Under the pieces are notes generated by a model. It did no database searches. It had not been told where the DNA came from and saw only the letters and a list, made by a program, of their open reading frames with translations. DNA of 64,000 nt from Octopus sinensis (taxonomy: Eukaryota): assembly GCF_006345805.1 (NCBI RefSeq), contig NC_043006.1, positions 83,638,001 to 83,702,000 on the forward strand. Reading direction: 5' to 3'. Every line of letters begins with the position of its first letter. The first letter of the stretch is position 1. Below, piece after piece: positions 12,380 through 24,918 of this stretch. A program made the translations under genes and the position numbers.

Positions 12380-12782
12380 TTTTATCTTTTGCTTGTTTCA
12401 GTCGTTAGACTGCGGACATACTGGGAGACCACTGAGAAGGATTGTCGTCGAACGAATCGATCCCAGTACTTTTATGGAGTCTCTGTTGCTAGGCTGCTAT
12501 TTGACGGGGACGTAAATAAACCAATGCAGGTAGTCAAACGGTGGGGGAACAAACACACACATACATAAATATATGTATACACACATAGAAGCAGGCGTGG
12601 CTGTGTAGTTAGAAATTTGCTTCCTAACTTCATGGTTCCGGGTTCAATCCTACTGCGTGGCAACTCGGTCTGACCAATGCCTTGTCAGTGAATTTGGTTG
12701 ACTTAAACTGAAAGTTCGTCGCACACCACACACTTATGTGTGTGTGTGTGTGTGTGTGCGACGAACTTTCAGTTTAAGTCTA

Positions 12783-12827
<45 letters not shown>

Positions 12828-12990
12828 TGTGTGTGTGTGTGTGTGTGTGTTTGTCCTCCACCACCACTTGACAGCCGGTGTTGTGTTTACGTTCTCATAA
12901 CTTAACGGTTCGACAAAACAAACTAACATAATAAATATCAGGCTTAAAAAAAGACAAGTACTGGGATCGATTCGTTCGACTAAAATCCTT
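12380..12990. mobile_element. Cluster of SINE S1 pieces in both orientations
   Basis: Minus-strand 3' part 12380-12560, plus-strand head 12590-12720, plus-strand 3' part 12845-12990. Confidence 0.7.
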
Positions 12991-12999
12991 GAAGGTGGT

Positions 13000-13372
13000 G
13001 TTGATGATGATGTTGATGTTGAGCGAAGCGGTCTTCTGTAGTGAGAGAAGTCCGAAACGTGGTCCTTTGCTATTCGTAAGACCCGCAGAAGAGAAAGCAG
13101 GTCAACACCCGACACCGAGAGCATTGACGGATGGATGAATGCGCATCCAGGCTCAGCGGTTGCGTAGGAAGTCGGGGACAAGAAACAGGAAGAAAGAGTG
13201 CGAGAAAGTTGGAGCAAAAGTAAAACAGGGGTCGCCACCTGCCCCTGCCGGAGCTTCGTGGAGCTTTAGGTGTTTTCGCTCAATAAATACACGCAACGCT
13301 GGTCTGGGAATCGAAACCGCGATCCTCCGACCGCGAGTCCGCTGCCCTAACCATTGGGCCATTGCGCTTCAA
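13000..13372 (-). mobile_element. tRNA-derived SINE with a LINE-like tail
   Basis: Minus head gcgcaatggcccaatggttagggcagcggactcgcgg...ggtttcgattccc has A and B boxes; ends in (CAT/CAA)n. Confidence 0.65.
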
Positions 13373-13512
13373 CTGAAGGTGGTGCCCCAGCATGACTGAA
13401 ACAAGAAAAGTTATGTATGTATTTATCGTACACACGAAGGGCTTCCAGTCAGTTTCTGTTTCTCTAATCCACTCACAAAGCATTAATGGATCCGAGGCAA
13501 ATGTAAGAAACA

Positions 13513-13930
13513 AGGCGGCGAGCTGGCAGAATCGTTAGCACGCCGGGTGAAATGCTTACCGGTATTTCATCTGCCGCTATGTTCTGAGTTCAAATTCCGC
13601 CGAAGTCGACTTTGCCTTTCATCCTTTCGGGGTCGATAAATTAAGGACCAGTTATGCACTGGAGTCGATATAATCGACTTAATCCGTTTGTCTGTCCTTG
13701 TTTGTCCTCTCTGTGTTTAGCCCCTTGCGGGTAGTAAAGAAATAAGTATTTCGCCCGTCGCTACGTTCTGAGTTCAAATTCCGCCGAGGTCGACTTTGCC
13801 TTTCATCCTTTCCGGGTCGATAAATTACGTACCAGTTACACATTGGGTTGATGTAATCGACTTAATTCCTTTGTCTGTCCTTGTTTGTCCCCTCTATGTT
13901 TAGCCCCTTGTGGGCAATAAAAAATAAGAA
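13513..13930 (+). mobile_element. SINE family S2 with duplicated body
   Basis: ggcggcgagctggcagaatcgttagc head; the gcctttcatcctttcggggtcgataaa body occurs twice. Confidence 0.85.
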
Positions 13931-14729
13931 ACAATGGCACTGTGGTTACAAAGTAAGCCCCTTAGCCACACAGCCCTGCCGCACCGACTCATGAATATTT
14001 GATATAAAATCTAATGTGCCCCCCTGCAAAATGGAGTTGTAGATCTCTAGATTAAACTACCTCCATTTACTATCTATACGGAAAAGAGCACTGGAGTCTC
14101 CTGAAATTTTGATAAGCAACGATTTATTTTTTTCGTACACACTGTCGAGAGACATTTTGCTCTTTGTGCAGTTGTAGCAGCAGATAAAATGTCGTTCGTC
14201 CTTTGTATGATGAGCCACCGATTGGATGATTCTGTTGATCACGTGGACAATATTCTAGCGACTCGTCGTATCGGGGTGACTGCTGAGTATTCCCGCTGCA
14301 TATAATGTGTAACTCTAGCATCTCTTATGGATGTCATTATCACATTATAAATTAATAATGGGTTGAAATTTTGGTACAGGGTCAACAGTTTTGAATAATA
14401 TCCAGTTATTGTTAAAGGCCAATCCTGAAATGTTAGTTATTTATTTTCCCGGCAGCAATCAAGTTTCCCTGTTGCTATAAATATAGTTAAATCCTATAAT
14501 TTTCTTCGAATTCTAGAGTTCATAATCAAATTTCAACAGCTCAAGCCACTTAGCTGTGATAAGTTACCGTAGAGTTACGCAGCTCATTTTTCTAAACACT
14601 AAGAATGCAATAAAATTCACTGTGTTACTAAGTTTAATTCGTCTAAATGTGTAATTTGAAGAAAATGGGCTTCTATCAAGTTAACTGTTCATTGAAGTCT
14701 TATTTTTAATATTCTTTCAATGTTTATAG

Positions 14730-14950
14730 CAGCGAGCTGGCAGACTCTTTAGTGCGCTGAGCAAAATGACCGTAAAGACAGCATTTCGTCCGTCTTTATG
14801 TTCCGAGTTCAAATTCCACCGAGGTCGACTTTGCTTTTCATCCTTTCAGAATCGATAAAATAAGTACCAGTTGAGCACTGGGGTAGATGTAATTGACTTT
14901 CCCCATCTCTCGAAATTACTGTTCTTCTGCCAAAATTTGAAACCAATATT
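14730..14950 (+). mobile_element. SINE family S2
   Basis: Same head and body as 13513. Confidence 0.75.
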
Positions 14951-15079
14951 TATCCAATGCTGTCTTAATCATTAAAATCTTTGATGTTCAATGAAAACTA
15001 CGGGAAATAATAAGAGACATATCCATCCATCCATCCCTTCGGTCCACTTTTTCTGGGAAGGTCATGAGGGTAGAGTCTT

Positions 15080-15600
15080 CAACCACATCCTCCATGATAT
15101 TTTCCGGCTGGATTCCCAGGTGTGATAAATTGAGTCGATGGAGATTAATCAGCTATCTCGTTCTTGGTCTACCCCTAGGTCTTCTGCTGAAATTCCATAG
15201 AATATATTTCTAGTTCGGCTCTAACACAATGATTTTCAGTCTTTTGTCGCTTAGAACCCCTTCTCACCGAACAATTTCCGCTTCTCATGTTTCTACACCC
15301 CTAACAAAAATAAGATAAAATATAACACCTCGATATTTTGATCTTGCAGAAGCTAATGTTACGCCGTCGTTTCTCTCAAGCACATACATCTTTTTGTTTG
15401 TATGGAAACTAGTGAACCCTATGTTCAATTTTTTTTGGGGAAATTACTAAAGAGAGAGGGGACTTATATAACGAAATATTGAACCGTGTCGTATCATCAG
15501 CCTTGTTTCCAGCTCACTGATAACACAATGTCCTCCACACATTCTAATACAAAAATTGTCTTTAATGTGTATTATACCTAGTTTAATTTTTTTTTTCTAA
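15080..15600 (-). mobile_element. RTE-clade LINE 3' fragment
   Basis: PRGRPRTR*..., LGIQPENIMEDVVED on the minus strand; similar to 1600-1980. Boundaries approximate. Confidence 0.65.
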
Positions 15601-16260
15601 GTAAAAACCCTACCCTTCGAAACATACAGTACCCACTTCATATTTGTCGATCGACTCCGTGTGGACTCACAACACCCACAAGGAGGCGCTACTACACAGG
15701 TTAACAATCACAGTTCTAACTTATTTGTGGTGTTAGCCCTTTGAGAGAATACGTGCTGGTCTGGTTTTTGGCTTCCATTCTTTTTAAATAACTTCTCAAT
15801 TCTTGTAAATAACTCCTCAAATCTTGGTGTAAATAACAGCCTCAATTTTTGCCTTCAAATGTCCCAGAAATTTTTATAATCTTTTTACTTCAGAGTGACT
15901 GAATTAAATGCCGTTTTGATCTGATAAAAGTTCAAGTATGAGTTAAATGTAATGAAATAGTCAAGTGGTTTGTTTGTATTATTTTTTGCTAAGTCACATG
16001 ATATCGGAAGGACATCTCTCCCTCTCTCTCACACACACACATATATATATATATACAGACACATTCATACATACATAGGTGTGTATATATACATATATGT
16101 ACACATATACACACGTCATATGTGGTTATTATTAAAGGCAACAACTTCTTATTGGTGTGATGGGAAAAGCTACAGAAGTGAAGAGTAGTACTAGTTCGCA
16201 ATGTCATCTTCAAATGGACGATTTCCGTCCAACATTGCAAACAACATACCCCCACACTTG

Positions 16261-16294
<34 letters not shown>

Positions 16295-16569
16295 CACACA
16301 CAAATACGCAAATACATACATACATTCGTATATACGCACTTATGTCTATACAAATAAGCAGAAACACACCCGCACTTACTCATCCACACAAATAACTCAT
16401 TGATTGAGGATTATAGAGACCTGAAAAAAGAATCGTCAGATTAGGAAAATATTTTCGCAGTCATACTTACGTAAACCGATCACGAGGAATCACCTTAAAA
16501 ATAATGAGTCACTTTAGAAAGTTTCTTCAAAATTATTCGACAAAAAAGAAGATATTTAAATAGATAGGG

Positions 16570-16940
16570 GAAGGCACAGCTGTGTGGTAAGAAGCTTGCT
16601 TCTCAACCACATGGTTCCGGGTTCAGTCCCACTGCGTGGCACCTTGGGCAACTTTTATTATAGCACCGAGTCGACCAAAGCATTGTCAGTGAATTTGGTA
16701 GACGGAGACTAAAAGAAGCTCGTCGTATGTGTGTGTGTGTGTGTTAGTCCCCCACCACCGTTTGACAACTGGTGTAGGTGTGTTTGCGCCCCCTTAACTC
16801 GCGGTTCGGCAAAAGAGACCGATAGAATAAGTACTGGGTTTAAAAGATAAGTCATGGAGTCAAAGTGTTCGGCTAAAACCCTTCAAGGCGGTGCCCCAGC
16901 ATGGCCGCAGTCACTGACTGACACAAGTAAAAGATAAAAA
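16570..16940 (+). mobile_element. SINE family S1
   Basis: gctgtgtggtaagaagcttgc...actgactgacacaagtaaaag. Confidence 0.8.
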
Positions 16941-17109
16941 GATAAATGGGTGGGTAGAAGAGGAATGAAAGAAAAGGAAAGAAGAGGGGAAGGGAGGAAG
17001 GAAGGAAAGAAGGAACGAAGGGTGGAGGAGGAGGAGGAGGAGGAGGAGAGGAAGAAGAAGAAGATGGTGATGGTGATGATGGTGATGGTGGTGATGGTGA
17101 TGGTGATGG

Positions 17110-19800
17110 TGATGATGGTGGTGATGGTGATGATGATGATCACGAATGGAAAAGCCCGCCGATGCAGATTTCAATTCCCAGACTGGATGGTGCGTCATGT
17201 TCTTAATCCTCACGTTGCTTTGCGATCACTTCGACATCTGACGCGTAGTACACCGTGCACCAGTTCAGGCAACACCGGTTTGATGGAGCGAGATGGCTTA
17301 TGTGCCGCATGAACATTTGTTCACTATAAACAAATCACTTGTGCAGGTCGTTCGGCAATAGCTTGATTGCTCATACGTTGTCTTCAACTGGAGAGTATAT
17401 CATTTTTTTCGAAAAACTGTGCTGTTCTTATGAAGTAAATATTTGTTACTTTGCACGGAGGAGGCAATGCTGTTGTTATCGGCTTCTAAGAAAAACTGAT
17501 TTAAATCAGTTTGGAAATTCAAAAGTCGCAAAAACTATCGCCATTCCTCGAGCTGTTGAGGAGTGTCTCATGACCTTTCGTATACCCATAGATAATTCCT
17601 CATTTACGCACATTATCAGTGCATATGCCCCCACTTTACAAAAACATAACATTTTCTTCTCTAAATTGCTGACAATTGCCAGTAAAATTCCATAACATGT
17701 CAAAGTCATATTGATGGGTGATCTTAATGCCAGAATACGTAAAAAAAAAAAAAAAAACCCGATGTAGTCAGAAGTAATAGGAAGACATGGAATAAGAAAG
17801 ATGAATGCGAGTGATTTACGATTTTGTCAACAATTTAACAGTTACGGACGTGGTGTCTCAACAGACAGGTATAAAAACACCCGTGAAGCATCTCCAATCT
17901 GGTACCTAACAAATGCTTGACTATGTCATCACTAAGAGTAAAGATTGCAGTGATGTCAAATTATTATTATTATTATTATTATTATATAACCAGAACTCAC
18001 AAAACTCACAAATGTTGTTCGGATCACAGAATTGCTCGCAATAAGGTATTTGTTGAACCATATACAAAGAGGCCATTGAGATCCAATATGCCTCCGAGAA
18101 TAAATCTGTCTTCTTTAAAAATTCCAGAAATGACAAAAAATGTGAATTTGTATTTAAATTCAAAGCCTGAGAATATAGAGGAAAGCAATGATCCCGAAGT
18201 TTTGCGGCATAATATTCGTGACGGCATAAAATCATCAGCTGAAGCAGTTCTAGGATTCGTCAAGATCGGTTCGATCTTTGCAGCGTCTTCATTATATATT
18301 CTGCTTGGTTATCTCTTGGTGGACGAAAAGCCCAAGAATTGGAACAGCCAGCTAACTCTCACAACTTGATAATCTGTAAGGTGTATTAAGTCCAAAAAAG
18401 GGCGGTACGGAACCGATTGTTTCTAATGACGGGCCAAAACTCTTAAGTAGCAAAAATAAAATTCTGAAAAGATGGCCTGAGCACTTTAAATCCGTATTAA
18501 ATCAAGACTCCACTACCGATCCTGGATGCATTCAATGAAATCCTTCGAAGGCTTATAATTGAGGAACTTGCAGATCCTTCCTTGGAAGAAATAAGTACTG
18601 CTATTAAGAAACTTTCCAATAGTAAGGCTCCTGGACAAGACAGTATTCCCATAAAAATGTACAAGCATGGTGATAGACGACTTGTAAGAAAGCCGCGCAA
18701 ATTGATCTGGGGGAACTGGATCTGTTCCCCAATAGTTCAAAGATGCATCTATAACGTACACGTACAAGAACAAAGGGAAGAAGAGTGTATATGATAGTTA
18801 CAGGGAAATGCTTGTAGCGAATAGCTGGAAAAAATTTTGCGAGGGTGATTCTTAACCGCATCAGTGAGTATGTATCAAACAGCATATATTCTGAATTCCA
18901 ATGGGAAAGGCACAGTTGACATGATTTTTGCTCTTCGGCAAATTCAAGAAAAAGCACGTGTGTAAAATACTGACTTGTACATGGTCTTTATCGACTTGAT
19001 CAAGTCTTTTGATACAGTTAATCGTAAGGTGCTCTGGAAAATTTTGTCAAAAGTTCGTTTTCCTGATAATATGATAAGGGTAATAGTATCCTTGAACGCA
19101 GGAATGATGGTGTAGCAATATCGTTCTCTCATTGCTATCTTCACGGTTTGAGAAGAGTATTAAGAATACTCTCGTTCGAGATTACAAACATCTTCGGCTA
19201 GTTCAACATTGTTGTAAACACTAATTCGATTGGCTGACACGTGGTCTCTACTACGTTCGCACCGCTGGTTATCACGTGACGCGATTTGCCTCCGCTTATT
19301 TTCGCGCCATAGTTCCAAGCAGCCAATCACAGCTTTCCATTTCTGAAGTTCATTGGGAGCCACATAAAGCTTATAAAACAAGGGTTCTCAGACAAGTATT
19401 CGTCTTAGGTTTCAAGTCCTTCTCAAAATTTTATTTAAAAATGTAATATCTCCAGTATCAAAAACATACTGTTGAGAAGTCACTGCCGATGGTAGGGCAC
19501 ATTGTTCGAATGAAAGATGATCACATTCCGAAAATTCTTTTGTTTGACCAACAAGCAGAGAGACAGCGAAGTTAAGGAAGACCCATGTTTAGGTATAAGG
19601 AAAAATTGAAGCAATCACTGAAATCTCTGCTGCTTAGTTATTGCCTAGATTAATGTGTGTGACGTAAAATGTGCCAGGATGCATCAAAACAATTTGAGTT
19701 GAAGAGACAGATCCATAATAGAATTATATCATGCAATCAACAGACACATTTGTCCAATCCCAGGCAAAATCCAAATCACCAGCGTTCCCGTTGTGACTTC
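17110..19800 (+). mobile_element. Degenerate RTE LINE (APE endonuclease + RT) with an unrelated insert at about 19150-19380
   Basis: IISAYAPT and ILMGDLNARI (APE); APGQDSIP, IAGKIFARVILNRI, MIFALRQIQEK, FIDLIKSFDTVNR (RT); GHIVRMKDDHIPK (3' part). Many stops and frameshifts. Confidence 0.88.
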
Positions 19801-19949
19801 ATAGCAAAATCCATACCTGAACTCAAATAACATTCACGCATTCGTCGTAAATCGATGCAGCTTCTTTTATGTTCAATCTTCCTTTTTTTTGTTTTTTTCC
19901 TTCAAACACTCATACGTCGAAATCGACGATAGTGACCATTATTATTATT

Positions 19950-20690
19950 CAGTAGTTTTATTTTTATAGCGTGGTTTCACTTCACTACCGAGCGCAGCTC
20001 TGTGTGCTTTGGGTATGTGCTGTGATTTGTTGTGATGCTCTGATGGTTATTGTATGGAAAGTGTTCTGCGTAGGATGTGTGCAGTGCCTAGTAGTGCAAT
20101 TTTCTGTATGTTATATGTGTTTGTAAGTCCTGGTGTTTTTGTTATGTATTTGTCTGAATATTTTTTTATCATGCCTAATGCACCTACTATGGTAGGAATT
20201 GTTTCTGTTTTTAGATTCCACATTCTGTTTACCTCTATTTCCAGGTCTTTGTATTTTGAGAGTTTCTCCATTTCTTTTAGAGACACGTTGCCATCTGCCG
20301 GTATTGATACATCAATTAGAAAGCATTTTTTTTCTTCATGATCTCTGACAACTATATCTGGTCTGTTGGCCTTAATTTCTCTATCTGTGTGTATCGGCAA
20401 ATCCCAGAGTATGGTTGCTTTCTCGTTTTCTGTGACCTTTTCTGGTGTGTGCCTATACCATCTTTTTTCTGTTGTTATTCCATAATGTTGGCATAGCTTC
20501 CAATGTATGTAGGTTCCAACTCTGTCATGTCTGTGAATGTATTCCTTCTTAGCCAGGACTGGGCAGCTAGAGATAATATGATTTATTGTTTCTTGTCCAT
20601 CTCCATATATTCTGCAGTTACTTGTAATATTTATTTTCATTACATGTTTTTGGTAAGCCTCTGGTGGGGAGGCTTTGGTCTTGTGCTGCA
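19950..20690 (-). mobile_element. Dong/R4-clade non-LTR element 3' end (restriction-like endonuclease), copy 1
   Basis: ORF 20047-20691: ETINHIISSC zinc knuckle, RHD, RPDIVV...LIDVSIP...EKLSKYKDL. Flanked by (TAA)n on both sides. Confidence 0.9.
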
Positions 20691-20724
<34 letters not shown>

Positions 20725-21269
20725 GTTTGTCTATCAACACGTGTCGCACATCACTGAGTAAGTTTTACTATTATGCATATTGTTATACTTTGTTTTACAA
20801 TGTACATTTGTTATTGTTACTTACTTAAACAAACCAGGACCTTGGGGAACTGGTTACTTCTTTACCATTTGTACCCTCTAGGGGCTATTTTGAGATTTGT
20901 TTGAGTTATAACATCCCTCATTTTTTTCGCTAAAATCAAAGATGGCGGACGAAAACCACCCGCTGAAATGAACAGCGGGTTATCCGCAAGACAGAACAGC
21001 TAAGCTGAACAAGAGAGCAGCTGCTGTGGCAACAACAACAATAGCGCACGTATGACGTATGAAAATGAATTCCCCTTGCTTCTAAGGAGTCTAAGTCAAT
21101 AGGCATTTTATCAATCCAAGGGGCCTTTTTATTTTGTGTTGTTTTTTTTCTTCTGCCCAAATTTTATTCCAAAATTCCTGCACTTCTTCTTTTGATGGGA
21201 CAGACTTTGAAGTAACTGGCATCTTCTTCCCTATCTTTCTGTAAAAATGTTTGGTTATTTTTTTTTAAC

Positions 21270-21443
21270 ATAGGCGCAGGAGTGGCTGTGTGGTAAGTAG
21301 CTTGCTTCCCAACCACATGGTTCCGGGTTCAGTCCCACTGCGTGGCACCTTGGGCAAGTGTCTTCTGCTATAGCCTCGGGCCAACCAAAGCCTTGTGAGT
21401 GGATTTGGTAGACGGAAACTGAAAGAAGACCGTCGTATATATG

Positions 21444-21488
<45 letters not shown>

Positions 21489-21690
21489 CTGTTGTCCCCC
21501 CAACATCGCTTGACAACCGATGCGGGTGTGTTTACGTCCCCGTAACCTAGCGGTTCGGCAAAATAGACCAATAGAATAAGTACTTGGCTTACAAAGAATA
21601 AGTCCTGGGGGTTGATTTCCTCGACCAAAGGCGGTGCTCCAGCATGGCCGCAGTCAAATGACTGAAACAAGTAAAAGAGTAAAAGAGTAA
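21270..21690 (+). mobile_element. Near-full-length SINE family S1
   Basis: tRNA-like head ggcgcaggagtggctgtgtggtaag...gggttcagtcccac, internal (TG)n, and a tail ending aaaagagtaaaagagt. Confidence 0.9.
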
Positions 21691-22074
21691 CATGTTGTCC
21701 TTGAAGAATCAAACGCACTTTTCATACCGTGCTATGCAGGCAGCTTTAACCCATACCTTTTGCTTGATAGTTTCTGTGGTGGCATCGATGCCAAGTATTA
21801 TACTTTTACTTTAATTTTCGGATTTTAAAAATTTTATTATCATTATTATCATTTATAGTTCCCTTTCATTATATCTTTATTTCAGCTGCCTTAGTACCGG
21901 GCATCTTGCAGAGGCCAAGAGTAGTAAGGGCACTCTTGTTTTGCTATGCATGCTAAAATTATTACCACATTTATTCCATTTTAGATGCAGAATGCTTTCT
22001 GTAGTATATGGGCTGTGCTCATCAAGATTATTATTATTGTTATTATTATCATCATTGTTGTTGTTAAAAAGGCA

Positions 22075-22190
22075 GTGAGCTGGCAGAATCGTTAGCACGC
22101 CGGGCAAAATGCCTTGCGGCATTTCGTCCGTTTTTACGTTCTGTGTTCAAATTACGCCGAGGTCGACTTTGCCTTTCCCTCAACTTCAGG
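22075..22190 (+). mobile_element. SINE family S2, 5' part
   Basis: Head similarity to 13513. Confidence 0.75.
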
Positions 22191-22338
22191 TCTCGTACCT
22201 CTAGTAGAAAGTATCATCATCAACATCATCATCATCATCATCATCAGTATCATCAGTATCATCAGTATCATCATCAGTATCATCATCAGTATCATCATTA
22301 TCATCATTATCATCATTATCATCATTATTATTATTATT

Positions 22339-23069
22339 CGGTAGTTTTATTTTTATAGCGTGCTTTCACTTCACTACCGAGCGCAGCTCTGTGTGCCTTG
22401 GGAATGTGCTGTGATTTGTTGTGATGCTCTGATGGTTATTGTATGGAAAGTGTTCTGCGTAGGATGTGTGCAGTACCTAGTAGTGCAATTTTCTGTATGT
22501 TATATGTGTTTGTAAGTCCTGGTGTTTTTGTTATGTATTTGTCTGAATATTTTTTATTATGCCTAATGCACCTACTATGGTAGGAATTGTTTCTGTTTTC
22601 AGATTCCACATTCTAGTTACCTCTATTTCCAGGTCTGTGTATTTTGAGAGTTTCTCCATTTCTTTTAGAGACACATCGTCATCTGCCGGTATTGATACAT
22701 CAATTAGAAAGCATTTTTTTCTTCATGATCTCTGACAACTATATCTGGTCTGTTGGCCTTAATTTCTCTATCTGTGTGTATCGGCATATCCCAGAGTATG
22801 GTTGCTTTCTCGTTTTCTGTGACCTTTTCTGGTGTGTGCCTATACCATCTTTTTTCTGTTGTCATTCCATAATGTTGGCATAGCTTCCAGTGTATGTAGG
22901 TCCCAACTCTGTTGTGTCTGTGAATATATTCCTTCTTAGACAGGACTGGGCAGCAAGAGATAATGATTTATTGTTTTTTGTTCATCTCCACATATTCTGC
23001 AGTTACTTGTTATATTTCTTTTCATTACATGTTTTTGGTAATTTCTGGTGGGAAGGCTTTGGTCTTGTG

Positions 23070-23070
<1 letters not shown>
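22339..23070 (-). mobile_element. Dong/R4-clade element 3' end, copy 2 (frameshifted)
   Basis: Highly similar to 19950-20690 along its length; flanked by (TAA)n. Confidence 0.9.
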
Positions 23071-23138
<68 letters not shown>

Positions 23139-23139
23139 A

Positions 23140-23590
23140 ATTAAGGCGATGAACTGGCAGAATCGGGATTGATAAATTAAGTACCAATGAAAGACTGGGG
23201 CACCTCCCCCAAATTTTCGGGCCTTCTGCCTATAGTAGAAAGGATTATTTATCAGTAGTAATAAAACTAAGGCGACTAGCTGGTGGAATCGCGTGCACGT
23301 TGGACAAAATGCTTAAAAGCATTTCTTTCGGCTTCTTACGTTCTGATTTTAAATACCGCTGCAATCAACTTTACCTTTCATCCATTCGGCGTCCATTAAA
23401 TAAGTACTAAGTGACCACTGGAGTCGATGTAATTGATTAGCCCCTTCCGTCCAAAATTCCAGGCCCTGTGCCAATAGTAGAAAGAATTATTATATTCGAA
23501 ACTAAAGCAGCGAACTTGCGAATCGTTAGCACGTCGGACAAAATCTTTAGTGGTATCGGGCGAAATACTTAGCGGTATTTATATTCATGT
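23140..23590 (+). mobile_element. Three SINE S2 fragments in tandem
   Basis: Heads at about 23143, 23270 and 23507. Confidence 0.7.
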
Positions 23591-23599
23591 AACATCGTC

Positions 23600-23865
23600 T
23601 GTTTTTCCGTCCTTGTTTCGCATACATTTGTTGCTTTTTTCCAAGGAATCTAATGCTCTTAGCTTATTTTTTTTCCCTGGGGCCGGCCAGATTGGAGCAA
23701 TCTCAAGATTAATCAGCCGAAATTGCGAGGATGATCCGGTTCTTGACTGAAGGCTTGTGTTTTTTGTATCGTCTATCTGGATGTTTTGTTGTCCCCTTTT
23801 GTATCACCTAGTTGTCCGGATGTTTTGCGTTCTTGTCCCATTTTGTATTTTATTACATATATATA
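23600..23865 (+). mobile_element. Short PLE 3'-end-like repeat (family F); related copies at 9945-10000 and 62090-62400 (-)
   Basis: Shared sequence caagattaatcagccgaaattg...gatccggttcttgactgaag. The end translates ...LKINQPKLLG*, resembling a PLE C-terminus. Confidence 0.55.
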
Positions 23866-23956
23866 TAGGGAGAATTCACGAATAAAACAAAAGACGAACA
23901 CAGGTGGTGTAGAAAACAAACAGATGTATTAGTATAACGCTCGGGAATTGAAAAAG

Positions 23957-23993
23957 TCTTTTACGTTTCGAGCCTACGCTCTTCCACTGAAGG
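23957..23993 (-). ncRNA. Degenerate minimal hammerhead (family C)
   Basis: CAGUGGA-A-GAG(CGUAGG)CUC-GAAA-CG-UA-AAAGA, within a ~190-bp unit (about 23870-24060) bounded by (AT)n. Confidence 0.6.
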
Positions 23994-24089
23994 AACACAG
24001 AAAGAAACAAGGAGAGAAAAAAAATGTGTGTAGTGGCTACCGATCTATCATGGCGACTGATATATATATATATATATATAATATATATA

Positions 24090-24124
<35 letters not shown>

Positions 24125-24230
24125 ACTTCACATGAAGAACGAAACATTAATAGAAACAAACTCACGCACGCACATGTAGACACATGTATGTATGTATGTG
24201 TGTGTGTATGTATGTGTGTATGTATGTATG

Positions 24231-24264
<34 letters not shown>

Positions 24265-24588
24265 TGTATGATGTTACTTTGAAAACAAATCTATTAATTT
24301 CATGTTAACTGTGAAGTAAGAAAACTAAGGAGAAAAGGATAATACAGTGAAGTGGAAACACTTGTGTGTGTGTGTGTGTTTTTGTATGTGTGTGTTTGTG
24401 TGTGTTTGTATGTGTGTTTGTGTGTGTGTGTGTGTGTGTGCGTGCGGCGTAATACAGGAGTGTTAAATGTTGACCTATTATGATATGGCTAATATCTCTA
24501 TCGAAGATCTTGAGGATTTGTATTATTCAAGTAATCATCCAATATTTAGGAAACGGCTTCAAACACAGCTTCAAGCGCGCGCGCGCAT

Positions 24589-24620
<32 letters not shown>

Positions 24621-24918
24621 ACGCACACATATACAAACACATGCACACGTTCATAGCCATACACTCAACTAACATACACAGGCATATAAGTATACAAACT
24701 CTTATACTCACAAACTTACACTCTAGCACACACACGACCGACTTCTCCTTTTGTCCATTGTTCCTATTCGCTTTATAAATTCGGCAACATTATAATTAGG
24801 ACTGTCATTTTGCTGAAATCTTCGAGCCAACCATTTGACAGATACAAAATAAGAGCTTCAAGCATCGTTGTCGCTTGGAATTGAGTTTGTTTTAGAATTT
24901 TTTTTCTGCTTGTGAAAA

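Noticed and set aside
14057-14321. Short Cys-containing ORFs in non-repetitive sequence
   Set aside because: No recognisable domain or convincing splice signals.
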